DNA of 64,000 nt from the human T2T-CHM13v2.0 reference genome, Homo sapiens. The stretch is taken from assembly GCF_009914755.1 (NCBI RefSeq), contig NC_060928.1; one strand, 5' to 3'. The notes under the pieces are model-generated. The model was not told the DNA's origin and searched no databases. It was given only the letters and a program-made list of their open reading frames with translations. Shown here in pieces: positions 28,400 to 41,076 of this stretch (position 1 is its first letter; each line of letters begins with the position of its first letter). Position numbers and translations under genes: made by a program.

Positions 28400-28760
28400 G
28401 AAGAAGTACAGGTAAAGTTTCTGTCAATAGAGACCCCCAAAATACAGTGGATTTATATGACGAAAAATGTATTATTCTCTCAAATAACAGGCTCTATTGA
28501 GTGCTTCAAGTGGCAGAGTGGTGCTGCTGTCCTTTATATATAACTTCTGAATTTGTTGCATTTATTAGCATTTCCTGGTAATGTAAGGGGTAAGGAGAGG
28601 AAATGGAGAATGAGCAATTTTCCTTCAAGCATGTAACATGTTGATAACCTATATCAATTCTGTTTATATTCCTTTGTTGACAAGATAGACACATGGCTGA
28701 ATCCAGTTACATGGAAGGCAGAGAAATGTAAACAATAGCTAGATGACCATGTGTTATGTT
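28400..28760 (-). mobile_element. Old MaLR LTR relic (MLT1J/K-like)
   Basis: agacccccaaaatacagtggattta...cacatggctgaatccagttacatggaaggcagagaaatgta. Confidence 0.55.
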
Positions 28761-28977
28761 AACATATACGACTTCTATCCCAAAAAGAGGAAGACTAAAC
28801 ATGATACAGATGTTATTAACTTTCTCTGAAACAATCACAACATTTAGAAACACCATTCATTTGTCTCAGAGTTTATAAAAAGTGTGTGTGTGTGTGTCTA
28901 TCATAGACTTGACACTAGATTAAATAAATTAAAACATTGTTATAATTTTCATCTCTCTCATTCTACTGAATATAAGA

Positions 28978-29370
28978 TGTCATAGGCTATATCCTTTGGA
29001 AACAGATCCTGACAAGGAGTTTTAGGGTAGAAGTAGTTTATGGAGCCTGTCCTTGCAAACAACCACAAAGTGGGGAGAGGGGAAGGTTGGAGAGAAATAG
29101 AAGTTGATTTGTGATGCACTGTAATAGACATCTCAGATCAATTCACAGGGAGCGTTGAATCTAAGATGGCCCTTCAGAGTATCTTACATGAGACAAGGGA
29201 CTGCACTTTTGTACCTTCCATCAACCAAATGCTGCATGGGGGTAACCCTGCAGGAAAGGGCATTACCATAGTCAAGCCAGGTCTCCGTGGGCAAAGGTAA
29301 TTTCGATAGAGGGCTCTGCTTGAAGCCATTAGCCTCTAACAACACGAAGAGATGGACAAATGGGTGTGTT
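28978..29370 (-). mobile_element. ERVL LTR16-like relic
   Basis: ggaaacagatcctgacaaggagttttagggtagaagtagtttat...cacagggagcgttgaatctaagatggcccttcagagt. Confidence 0.6.
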
Positions 29371-29376
29371 TCAATG

Positions 29377-29958
29377 TGTATTACTCTTCTTTTGCTGTAA
29401 AACAAATCACCATGAACTTAGTGACTTAAAACAACCCACTTCTTATCTCTCAGTTCCACAGGTCAGAAGTACAGGCAGGCTTAACTGGATTCTCTGTGGA
29501 GGGTCTCACAAGACCAAAATCAAAGTCAAATGGACTGGGCTCTTGCTTGAAGCATCTGAAGAAGACTCCACTTCCAAGCACTTTCAGTGTTGGACGTATC
29601 CAATTTCTTGTGGCTATAAGATAAAGGTTTCTGTTTAGATAGGGACCATTCTCAGATCCTAAAGCATGTTCACATTCTTTGCCACTTGTCCCTCTCCATT
29701 TCAAGCCAGCAATGTTTCATCAAATCACATAGGACCTCTCTGACTTCTGGACATGCACTCAGTCAGAAAAAAAAATCTACTTTCATAGGGTTCATGTTGT
29801 TAGGTTAGGTCCACCCAGATAATTTCCAAATAGCAAGTCAACTGATTAGTAACATTAATTACATCTGCAAATTCCCTTTGCCATGTAATGTATTATATTC
29901 ATGAGCACAACACCAAGATATGGAGATCATGGGCCATCTTAGAATTCTGCTTACTACA
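29377..29958 (-). mobile_element. MaLR solo LTR, MLT1E-like
   Basis: tgtattac...aacaaatcaccatgaacttagtgacttaaaacaac ... gggccatcttagaattctgcttactaca. Confidence 0.82.
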
Positions 29959-31600
29959 GTCCTGAAGGGATCAACTGGGCAGTTGCAGTAAAAAATTTGT
30001 CCTGACCACGTGATAAATATGTATAGCTGATAACCACCTAACTGAAATATGCTACTTGTTAAATGTGGAGATATATTGTAATATATTTTCATGTGGTAAG
30101 TCTCCCTTACTCACAAACAATTCCAATTTTTGTTAAATTTAATTGGTTGACCTTTTTTCCTTATTTATATATACTGCTTATTAAATAATAACATGTAAGT
30201 GCCCATATCATAGGTATTAAGTTCATTAAATTTTTCTCTTATTTTTAATTTGTTTTATCTTGTCTTATTTTTCAAGTTTCTTGTAAACTATTTTTATTTA
30301 TTATTGGAACTAAATAAGGTATAAATATAAATCCAAACTGTATCATATCAATAAAATATATTATTCATACCAACTAATCAGATTACATATCAAGGCTGAA
30401 CAGTGAGTGGGAACATTCCCTATTTATCCGATTTGTACCTAACGTTGTAAAACTCACAGATAATGTAGATGGCAAAAGTATGGGCAAAACAATATGAAAA
30501 TATGATATAACATGTATGGGGACATTGTAGCTCATGAATTCACAGGAGTAGCATCCAAACCTCAACCTCCGGTCGACTGAATAAATATGTTAAAAATTAC
30601 TCAAGCAGGTCTTACAAAGTTGAAATCAGTCCTGTGATCATTCTACATACATGAAAAGCAGTGAAGAAAGAAGAGCTATATGTGTGGTCCAGGGTGTACA
30701 CCCAAAGGTCAGGGGTAAAAAAGATAGCCACTGGGCTACCAGACTGGTAACTGAACCCAAGAAAATGGAAGTAGTGTGTTAGAAGGGTGTAGTGAGTAAT
30801 AAATTGCCAGATGGCAAGAATTGGAGCAATACAGAAAATTGTTACGTTGTGATTCTGGAACTAATTATTTATGAACAACTTGTATGTACTGTAATGCTCC
30901 CCATAAACCTATCCCATTGTAATGCAAATAGGCAGAGGCAAATGTAATCTCAGAAGAACCCAAATGACACAGCCAAAATATCTTGGAAGAGCAGCCACAT
31001 TTTCTTCTTTCTTCTACAGAAATGATGTAATTTAAATAATGGTATGGATAACATTGATGTTTATATCTTTTTCCTTCCCCATGCATCTTTTTCAGGAAGT
31101 TGGAATATGCCAGTTACTTAGAGAAAGGACAAAGGAAGATGAGTTCATTAGGCTGTCTCTGAGCATATCTTTAAGAAATTTACATTTATTCAGGAAGCCA
31201 AAAATAGTGTCCAGAATCTTCTTTCCATCAAACCTTCTTTGTTTTCCAAGGGAACCATAAAGATCAATTGCACATTAATTCCTATACATCTCTCTTGTAA
31301 TATTTTTATATTATAATCAAAACCACTTTGATTGTGGCTAGTATATCTGGATATGATCTGAGCACTTGGAAAGTTTGCTTTTATTGTCTTGTCATTTGAA
31401 ATCATTGTATGATTGAAAAATCCATGCTTCTTTATTTTATTCCTAAGACACTCTGTAGAAATAGCAATAACTTTTTCAATCCTACAGTTACAGCATATAT
31501 CCCTGGAAATACCTCCAATAACAGCTGGTGTGTGTTCATTTCTACACTTCTTCTCCCTATCTCCACTCCTACTGATATTAAATATTTGAGCAATAGTCAT

Positions 31601-32007
31601 TGTAGAGGCCAAAGCAATCCCATCTTGGATGCTAATCTGCCCTATTGGCTTCTGATTAGCCCCTGTTCCTCTAAAATTTCCAGTTTATCTATTGCTCCTT
31701 GTCTAAGAGCAGGTATTTGCGAAAAATACTCCTCTTAGATCAAACAACCTTGATGTTATCATACTTCAATTGTCCTACAAATCCCTTCTGAATCACTCCA
31801 TTTTACAAGATATATAAGCCCTGAGTCTGGGGGATATGGGCACAGGGATCTACCATCTTGTCCCACCTCTGCAAGAGACACAGATATGGCTTCTGTTTGT
31901 CTCTATTAAATGTTTGCAAAAAACCAAATTTTTCAGCTTTTTTATTCAACCTCTCAGGTTTCTCAGACTTTGGGGCATATTTGCATAGACCTAACCACTG
32001 TGAAACA
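31601..32007 (+). mobile_element. ERV1 solo LTR, MER31-like
   Basis: tgtagaggccaaagcaatcccatcttggatgctaatctgcc...tatataagccctg...attaaatgttt...tgaaaca. Perfect TSD gtcat on both sides. Confidence 0.85.
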
Positions 32008-32404
32008 GTCATACATGAATGTCAAAAGACAGAAAATGTGTGTTTCAAGACAATATATCAGAGGAACTTACAGGCAGAAGCCCAGTAAGTGCAAGTTGTC
32101 CTAAGTCTCTCATATGTCACTATCCTATGCAGATGTGTGTTTGGACTTATTATCTGGCAAAGGAATTAAATTTTCTGCCACTGTACAAATACACAGAGGG
32201 AGTGAATGTCAGCAGAGATCATCTGGCCATGTTGCAAGCCCCAGAGCTGGGCAGTAGCGGCCACAGCTTATTTTCTGACATCACTGAAGGTGTCAGGTGC
32301 ATTTATGTCAACATAGATTTCAGTCTAAGTCTTTTCATCTCTACTTACCAAATCACGGCTTTGAGGGAGCATTTCAGAGCCATCCATCGAAAACACAGAC
32401 TTCA

Positions 32405-32530
32405 TTTCTTTTCTTTCTTTCTTTCTTCCTTCCTTTCTTTCTTTTTCTTTCTTTCTTTCCTTCTTTCTTTCCTTCTTTCTTTCTTTCTTTTGTTCTTTCT
32501 TTCTTTCTCACTTTCATTCTTTCTTTCCTT
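32405..32530. repeat. (TTTC)n/(TTCC)n compound microsatellite derived from an Alu tail
   Basis: Nearly pure pyrimidine tract contiguous with the minus-strand Alu. Confidence 0.95.
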
Positions 32531-32827
32531 TTTTTGAGACAGAATCTTGCTCTGTCACTCAGGTTGGAGTGCAGCGGTGTGATCTCGGCTCACTGCAACC
32601 TCTGCCTCCCAGATTCAAGCGATTCTTATACCTTAGCTTCCCGATTAGCTGAGATCACAGTTGTGCACGACCATGCCCAGCTAAATTTCTTATTTTTAGT
32701 AGAGATTTAGTAGAGATACCCATTGCTATGTTGGCCATGCTGGTCTTGAACTCCTGGCCTCAAGTGATCTTCCCACCTCGGCCTCCCAAAATGCCAGGAT
32801 TGCAGGCATGAGCCACCGTGCCTGGCT
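32531..32827 (-). mobile_element. Alu, AluJb/Sx-type
   Basis: Dimeric Alu reverse complement with an internal 11-bp tandem duplication tttagtagaga at about 32695-32716. Confidence 0.93.
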
Positions 32828-32919
32828 GGCTTGCTTTCTTTATAAGTGGAGAAAAATGGTTGGACACAGCTTTTCATATTATACACTGAAATGCAATGAC
32901 CCTAAACTCTTCATTCTGA

Positions 32920-33210
32920 AATTTGGGTATGGGTAAGGTATTAGATAATCTTAAGAATTATTACTTGTCTTGCTAGCTGAGCAAATGGCATTGTTGCTAT
33001 ATAGAAAAATGTCCTTAGTTTTAGTGATGCATACTAAAATACTTAGAGATGAATTATCATTATGTCTGCAATTATGTTAAAATACTTCAGTAAAATGTAT
33101 TTTAAGCAATGTGGCAAATGTAAATAGTTGTTTTGCTAGATGAAAGTTATACGGATGTTTGCTTTATGACTCTCTTGATTCTCTATATCCAAATATATTA
33201 CAAATAGATT
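32920..33210 (+). mobile_element. Old L1 (L1MC/ME-type) 3' UTR relic
   Basis: aatggcattgttgctatatagaaaaatgtcctta..ttttag.gatgcatactaaaatacttagagatgaa..atcattatgtctgcaatt. Confidence 0.55.
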
Positions 33211-35517
33211 TTAAATTAACACTTGTGCAATCACTGTGAACCTTCATACAACTCAATCCTAGGGAGAAAAATGACTGTGGTGTCAAGAATATTCCTTACC
33301 CTTGGAGTCTTTGTACCATCTTGGTACATATTTTCCTAATGGGTAGCTTCTTGTTAATCTTTAATTATAACAAGATCAATTCTTCATTCCAAATACTTGA
33401 ACGGTCTCCCCTAATCTGTCATTTTAATCTTTTTATGTCTGTCCTAAATATTCACTCACTATATACATTCATGATAACATTTGTCAATGTGTTACTGTAC
33501 TTTCTGGGTTAATGAGTCAGGTGAGTTATAATAATTGTTTCTTGCTAACATATATAATTGTGTCACAGTTAGTATAGAAAATCTTGAATTTTTATTTTCT
33601 CCAGCACTGTGAAGAGAACAAAAGGAATTAGACCTTTTCTTAAATCTTAAGACCTTTATAGACTATTTGGAAAAACAAAGCAAATGAAAATAAACATGCA
33701 CATAAAAACTTAGCTAATGGTGCAACATAATGTGTAACTACATCAAATGGATATTTTGTTTAAGTAACCTTTTAACTATCACATTATGAGTATTAAAATA
33801 ATTACAAAAAGATAAGTATTTGGCATATATTCTTGGAATCATTTGTAATGATATTTCCCACAGTACAAGAAGGGAGAAAACTCGAGGGAATTATTCAGGG
33901 ACTTTCCCGTTATTCAACTTAAGTCTAACATAAAAAAATACCATCACTATAAGAAAATACATGCACAAAAATTCATAGATTCCAGCATACTCCTTCTTTG
34001 AAGACAAATAACAATGTGCCTTGAATGGCAAAAGTCATTTTCTTTTTTTAAAATTTTTACTTTCATTGTAAGTCAAATTGAGGTAATTCACGTCAGCAGC
34101 CAGAATCAAAAGGGAGGAAAAGAAAGCCCTCATTTGAAAAAATCAATTAATATCATGAATTCTTGACAAGAAAATTGAAAAAGATACATAGTAATTCATT
34201 GTAAAATAAAGATTTCAAAACTAGAGATTCTACTTGGCCAACATTCTCTAATAATGACTCTAAATATGTAAGAATATCTTCACATCATTTTTTCTCTTTC
34301 GGCTCTTTTTATTCTCAATACAAAGTGACTTCTCTTTCTTTTTAAGATTTAGTATGTCAACCACAGCCTTCTCCATTACAGAAAGATGTCTGGTTACTTG
34401 AAAGACTTTGATACATCTGTGCTATTCCCTGTGTGCTGACATATGTCTACTTGCAACAGAAAGAAGAAACTTCAAGGATGAGCTCCACTCATTTCAGTAA
34501 TTGGTATTCCAGCCTGCTAGTTCAGATAGATTATTGTTGGTGTGATAGGCAGCTAACATTAATGTCAAATTAACATAAACTATAAGGATGACAGTATGCT
34601 GGAATTTGCATAATTTTCATCAGAATCTAAAGGCTTTTGAAATTGATTCTCAAGGACTAATAAAGACATATTAGTTTACTTACTATAACATCTTTGGGAT
34701 GTTATTTAAAATGTCACATTCTAATTTTAAATCAGTGATCTGCAACTTAGGATAATGGACAGTATATGAATTTTAGACACAAATTATTTATGTGAAATTA
34801 TGACTCCCCAAATCATTACTCAACCTGCAGAAAGAAGAATATTTTTTATTTTACTTTTATATAATGCTACTCAAATCCAATCCCTTATTTATTTTATCCT
34901 AGGATTGTTCTATACGTTCTCAGGTGTCTTAATGTAGTCTGTTCAGTGATTCAAAGTAGAATGTAAATGGTTCTATCCCACAGTCTTCAAATAATCTGTC
35001 ATATTTGTCATTTCATTCTCAGGGGAAAACTTTTTGAGAAAGTCAAAAATGTTTATAGTTTTTATTCTTTTTCTGTTCTGTTATGTTGAAACACAGAAAC
35101 ACATGGAGAAGACATATGGCATGTAAGCATAGAATTTGCCCATTCTTGGCCTGTTTGTTTTTAGAGTTTTTCCTCTAAACAGATTATCATTTATCAGCTG
35201 TGAAGTTGCAAAATAAAATTTTCAAAGCACAAAATCTTATTTCTCTTTATGCATCCTGCTTGGGTTCTACATTTTTTTGAGTCTTCATTCGATATCTGTT
35301 TTCCTAACCCAATCGTCAGGTTATCACACTACCTAGCACTAATTAAAGTATTAATACCACTGTACTAAACACAAAACTGAAACTCATTTTTTAGCATGAC
35401 TGTTTCCTTTTTTGTCCAATTTCTTTCAGCAAATCACTGGAAGCACAATCATAGTTGCTCAAAATGGAGAGAATAATTGAATAGTCCATAGACACTGTGA
35501 GGCACCGTTAACACAAT

Positions 35518-35835
<318 letters not shown>

Positions 35836-36053
35836 TTATAGAATGTCATCAATCAAATACATGTGACTAACTAAGCAGAGCTTTGGATTTCTCCAAACCA
35901 AAGAAGAAGGGGATAAACTAGAGATTTACCCATGTTTTAGACAAATAAACTCAATAAATAAAACCTTAATTAGTATTGAAAAGTTAAAAAACAAACATGT
36001 CTAAGTATCACATTTTTGGCAATGGTTTGTCCTTACCAATACTTATTTTTTAT

Positions 36054-36520
36054 TGTAATGACAGGACCAGCTCAATCTAGCTTAACTTTGTGTAATAAAA
36101 AATTGAATTGTTTTCCAGTTGCCATAGAACCCAAGTTGCAATTACATAACAAGAGCATGCCCAGATGAACCAAGTGTGCAACTATGGGCAAAACCTAAAT
36201 GCTTAGACCAAGGAATGGGGACTGAACTAAAAAGTAAGCCCCTCATGGCATGATCCATGGACCCATAATCCAATCAGATAGAGCCCTGGTATCACACCTC
36301 CTAGCATCATTTCATTGCAAGATCCAATCAGATCATGCCTCTTATCCCCTCTGCCTATAAAATCAGCCCCATCTACCAGCCCAAGGAGACCAATTTGAGC
36401 ACTGCTACATGTCTCCTTTGCCAATTGACTTACAATAAAACTTTCTCTCTACAAACACCCAGTGCTTTGGTGTTTGGCTTTTTGTTGTGTGGGCAAATAA
36501 ACCCACTTTGGTACATAACA
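36054..36520 (+). mobile_element. ERVL solo LTR, LTR47B-like
   Basis: tgtaa...gagcatgcccagatgaaccaagtgtgcaac...atccaatcagat twice, cctataaa TATA, AATAAA, ends ataaca. Confidence 0.8.
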
Positions 36521-37099
36521 TGATTAATATTAATAGAACATAAGTATACGGGATAGCTGAGAGATAATCTTATTTAATCAGAGCATCTTTCAGGACAACC
36601 TCTCTGATTATGGAAAAAAAGGTATTGCTTTTGAGTTCTAGCCCTCTAGTGTGGTAGCTGCATAACTGCCACCCAGGTATATATATACATATACACACAC
36701 ACAAACACACACAAAATTTGTTTTTTTGTTCTTATGGATAGTTTGATATTAACAGATATATTCTGACATATATACATATGTGTGTGTGTGTGTATATATA
36801 TATATATCCTTCATTATTTTTCCTTCACAATTAAAATTGGATAAAAGTACTTCTGATGTCTACTTTCAAGAATTATGTAGCACTTCTGGCAAGAATCATG
36901 CTCCATGTCTCATTCTGGAATCACCCACACAAACTCCATTTTGAATGAGAGAAGACATTTAATCAAATAAATGCAGTGAGGCAGTGAAAGGCATCAGATA
37001 CCAGAAAGTATCAGCAAAGGTATCCTTTTTGAAGGTGAGGGGCTCACACTGAAAGGCAAAATTATTCTTCTTGCTGGAGCAATTGTGCTACACATAATG

Positions 37100-39790
37100 A
37101 TGCAAAAGTTCAGTAATTTCAGTAACACTGATGAGCACAATTCTGTATTAAATATTAAGATTCAGAGTGATGTGGAAGGCAAGGCCAAAAAAGAACTCAT
37201 GCAGACTACACAATTTAAGAGGAAGCTATAAAAAGGGACAGTAAGAATGGTAATATTATCAAATGAAAATTTAGAAAGTAGACAAGAAGGATAAAGTTTT
37301 GCTAATTTTTAGTTTATTAACAATAAGAAACTAATAGAAAATGTCTTTTAAAAAGAGTGATATGTAAAATTTTAATTAAAAAAGTTAGTAGAATAAAAAT
37401 GCAAATGTTTTGTTAATATCAGAACTACCCACAGGAACAAAGAAAACAAATTGTATAGTGAGTTATTAAAAACAGGTTAACAAAAAATATAACAAAATTA
37501 TGACAAAACCTTATAACAGTAATGTGTTATGAATAAACGTTAACAGAGTTAACTCATCTTTTAAAAATATCTTTACTTTGGATCTATGCTTTATAAAAGG
37601 GATGTATGTAAAAAGTGATTCATAAAGCTGAGAATTAATATGATGGGAAAATGTGCTCCTTGCAAATGAAAACAAAAAGCAGGATTGTGACCTTAATATC
37701 AAAAACTACTGCATCTGATAAAATAACACTTGCTGAGAGTGAAGTACACAATTTACATTGAAGATAAAAGTTTTGCATATCTTTGCGCAGGATAATACAA
37801 CAGCAACATTAGTAAAGCAGAAATTGCAGACATACAAACATTCTAAACACAAACCAATGAGTTGAAATGCAGAATATTTTAATTCACATACAAATGTCAA
37901 AAATAGTTATTTGAAAAATGTTAACCAACCAGCAGAATCTCTACCTAACCTAATCAAAGAAAAAAGAGAAAAAAATACGGATATACATATGAAATATAAA
38001 ATAATAGAGAAATTGTCATGTAAATGGAAAATTATAAGAATTAAATAAAATAGACTTGCTTTAAAATATGCAAGTAATTGTGCAAACCTGTTTAAGAAAT
38101 TTTCAGAAAAATATTCAAACTGACCCCAGAAGAAGATAAAATCTGTGTATAATGATATCCATGGGAATATTGCTCCCAAACAATGAAATAACAATGAAAG
38201 TGAATGAAACAAATTGAATCAAAGCCTTAGGAGGCCTCTGAGTTTTTTAGGGGTAACTTCAGCAAATTGCTAAAAAGCAGATAATTGCAATGCTATGTAA
38301 ATATCTCCAAAGTGCATAAAAAACAGTTTTCAAATTTATATTATCTATTGAGTATATATTAATACCAAGAGGTGACAATAATTTTACATAAAATAAAATC
38401 ACAATATTGTTTATGCACATTGATCTAAACATCATAAATAAACATATTTTAACAACTTGTTTAAAGAAATAAATGCAACATGACTGAGTTGGATTTATTC
38501 TAGGAATTCAAGAATGTTTCAACATTATTAAATTGATTTATATAATTTATTGAACCAATATTTCTAGAAAAAATATTATAGAATTTTTATGTAATAAAAA
38601 TTATTTGACTAAATCGAACAGATATTTTGAAAATGAAAATTTAAGAAAATATAAAATAGATATTTTCTTAAGATAATAAAAAAGATCTATCACAATCTCA
38701 GTTCCCCTTTTAAGAGGTTAAACTTTGTACCTGAGTTCAAATAAAAACAACTAGAAAAGGTAAGTAAATTGTTTGTATGGGGTACAGCAGGCAGAATAAA
38801 AAAAGAAAATAGGATTATCTATGTTTGCAGACAATAAGATGACGTATCTATAAAACACGCTGGAAGAAACTAAAATCAAACCCAAACAATAAGATAAATC
38901 AGTAATATTTCAAGCAACCAAACTTATAAACAGAAATAATTAGTGTTCATTATATAGTAAATTATAATTTGGAATGTCTAACTATGCAAAATAATCTATG
39001 GTAAAAACAAAAGTTAAATATACCTGGCAATTATATTAAACAGGAAATACCTAATATATATATAAAGAATAATTTAAAAAACCTCTCGTGGGAACAAATG
39101 ATGCTCTTACAAATGCAAAACTATATTGTGTTATTTGATGTTATAATGATTTCAATTGTCTACAAATGAATTCATCTACAAAATATCATTTTTATAAACT
39201 AGGGGAGTTTTTTAATATAAAATCACACAAAATAATAAGCATACAAACATAAAGGAGGAAACTCTAATGAAGAAGTGCCAAGAGTGGAAACTAGGCCTAC
39301 CAGATACTAAACATATTATAAAGCATCAACATTAAAGCAATGTGTTATAGAGCATACCTAGAAAGAGAGATGAATAGAACAGAAGAGAAAGTCCCAAAAT
39401 AGTTTGCAAGAGTATGTGCTTTTAGTTGTTCTGGAGCCATCTCAAATCAGGGAGAAAATGTAAACTAAGAAATGATGTTCTGACAACTGCAGCCACCTAG
39501 AAGGAGGAGGAGGAACAGGAGCAGGAAGGGCAGGAGAAGGAGGAAGAAGAAGAGGAGCAGGAAGAGGAGGATGAGGACGAGGAGGAGAAAGAGGAGGAAC
39601 GAAGAAAGAGAAGGAGACTCCTCATACTATACACTAAAAAGGTGCCAAGTTGATCAAATATTTAAAAGCAAAAAATAAAGCCATAAACGTACTAGAAGAC
39701 ATAGGGACATTTCCTAATAAGCTGAGTTTGGAAAAGGCCCATGTAAACATGATTTACAATTCAGTCCATGAAAGAAATAATTGTTAAATT
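37100..39790 (+). mobile_element. Highly decayed L1M (ME-type) ORF2 region
   Basis: A-rich tract with colinear ORF2 relics: ggatttattctaggaattcaagaatgtttcaacatt, ttatctatgtttgcagacaataagat (RT FAD motif), ggaaactaggcctaccagatactaaac.tattataaagc. Confidence 0.7.
39500..39616. repeat. (GAG/GAA)n degenerate trinucleotide, purine-rich tract
   Basis: Directly visible, embedded in L1M sequence. Confidence 0.9.
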
Positions 39791-39829
39791 GGACTACACT
39801 ATACCCACACCTCAAGTTATGAGATTTCC

Positions 39830-41076
39830 AGGAAGAATGATGAATGTGTCAGTGGTACTTCTTTGTTGCACTTAAGGTACTACAAGAAAGAGCTGAGATG
39901 AAAAGCTATCTGGCCCAGCATTGACAAGCAAAAAGTGGAGGAAATAAAAAGGGGACAGAGCTTGACAGTTAGAAAATAAAACTATGTAATATACCTAGAT
40001 TCTTAAGCCATAAAAAGATTGCCAAAGTATGTCATCAGGGTAAAGATCCAATCACATTGTCTGCTGTGACACACTTTGAAAGGCCACTGAAAAAATGAAG
40101 GCACTTTATAGGGCATATTTTCAAGTGGAAAAAAGGGATTCTAGGAATCATTGTGGTTTTGTCTTACAGTAGACTGACATGTCCATAGTAGCACTGGATT
40201 GCTTGAGTATAAAGACCTGCCTTGAATAAGAATAATGTGTGTTAGTCCTGGCAATTTTGTTAAATAAACTATTATAATCAGTAAATGTACCAGCAGCATG
40301 GCCTAAAAGTAACTGAGATTGTTTTAAATGCAAAAAGGCCATTGTGATCTCACCTTGAAATAGCATGAATTAGACTAAGAAGACAGAAGTAGTTCAAAAG
40401 ACATGCATACTATTCTCGTTTCAGAAAAGTCCAAATAGAGTCAGGCATGGTGTTGTGCACCTAGTCCCAGCTATTTGGGAGGATGAGATAGGACTAGAGC
40501 TCAAGAATTCCAGGTTGCGGGGAGCTATGATTGCACCACTGTATTCTGGCCTGGTTGACAGAGTGAGACGCTGTTTCTTTAAAAACATATTTTTTTTAAA
40601 GTGGCCAAATAGAACAATAGAAAAGAAAGAACATTTTATAAAACCAAGTCAAAATGGAGAACAGCGGACTAGAGATATATTCTCAAGTTGCAGAGCTAGA
40701 ACCTACCTAATTAAGGAATATAAACAATCTCAATAGCAAGTCTAGCAAACCTGAATTCAGAATTGTCAGAGATTGCTATGTGCCTCCCATTCCTCCTCTT
40801 TTCAAATGGGAGGGTCCATAGCTGTTAATCTGTGTGCCATCATTACATGCTAGGCATTTGGAAAGGGGAAACAGATAACTTTTCTTTTTTTTCTTCATAG
40901 TTTTTCAGATTAAAACAAACTGCAGCCAAGTATCAACATCCAGACCTAATATAGATTATAAGATCTATATAGATTCTGAGTGTGATGATATGATACAATG
41001 AGAATTTGGTGCTTTTGAGGGTGTATGTGGATTTGGCAGATAGGAGGGATGTAAATATTCTGCCCAAGAGGTGTTC
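39830..41076 (+). mobile_element. MaLR internal sequence (MLT1-int) 3' portion
   Basis: gctatgtgcctcccattcctcctcttttcaaatgggagggtccatagctgtt...cagataactt...atttggcagataggagggatgtaaat directly abuts an LTR start tgtgatag. The 5' boundary is uncertain. Confidence 0.6.
40440..40586 (+). mobile_element. Free Alu monomer (FAM/FRAM-type)
   Basis: Single arm with old features (gagctatgattgcaccactgtattc). Flanking repeat ccaaataga on both sides. Confidence 0.8.

Noticed and set aside
32019-32537. 172-aa ORF, the longest in the track
   Set aside because: Extended by a stop-free (TTTC)n tract giving poly-F/S/L; no recognisable domain.
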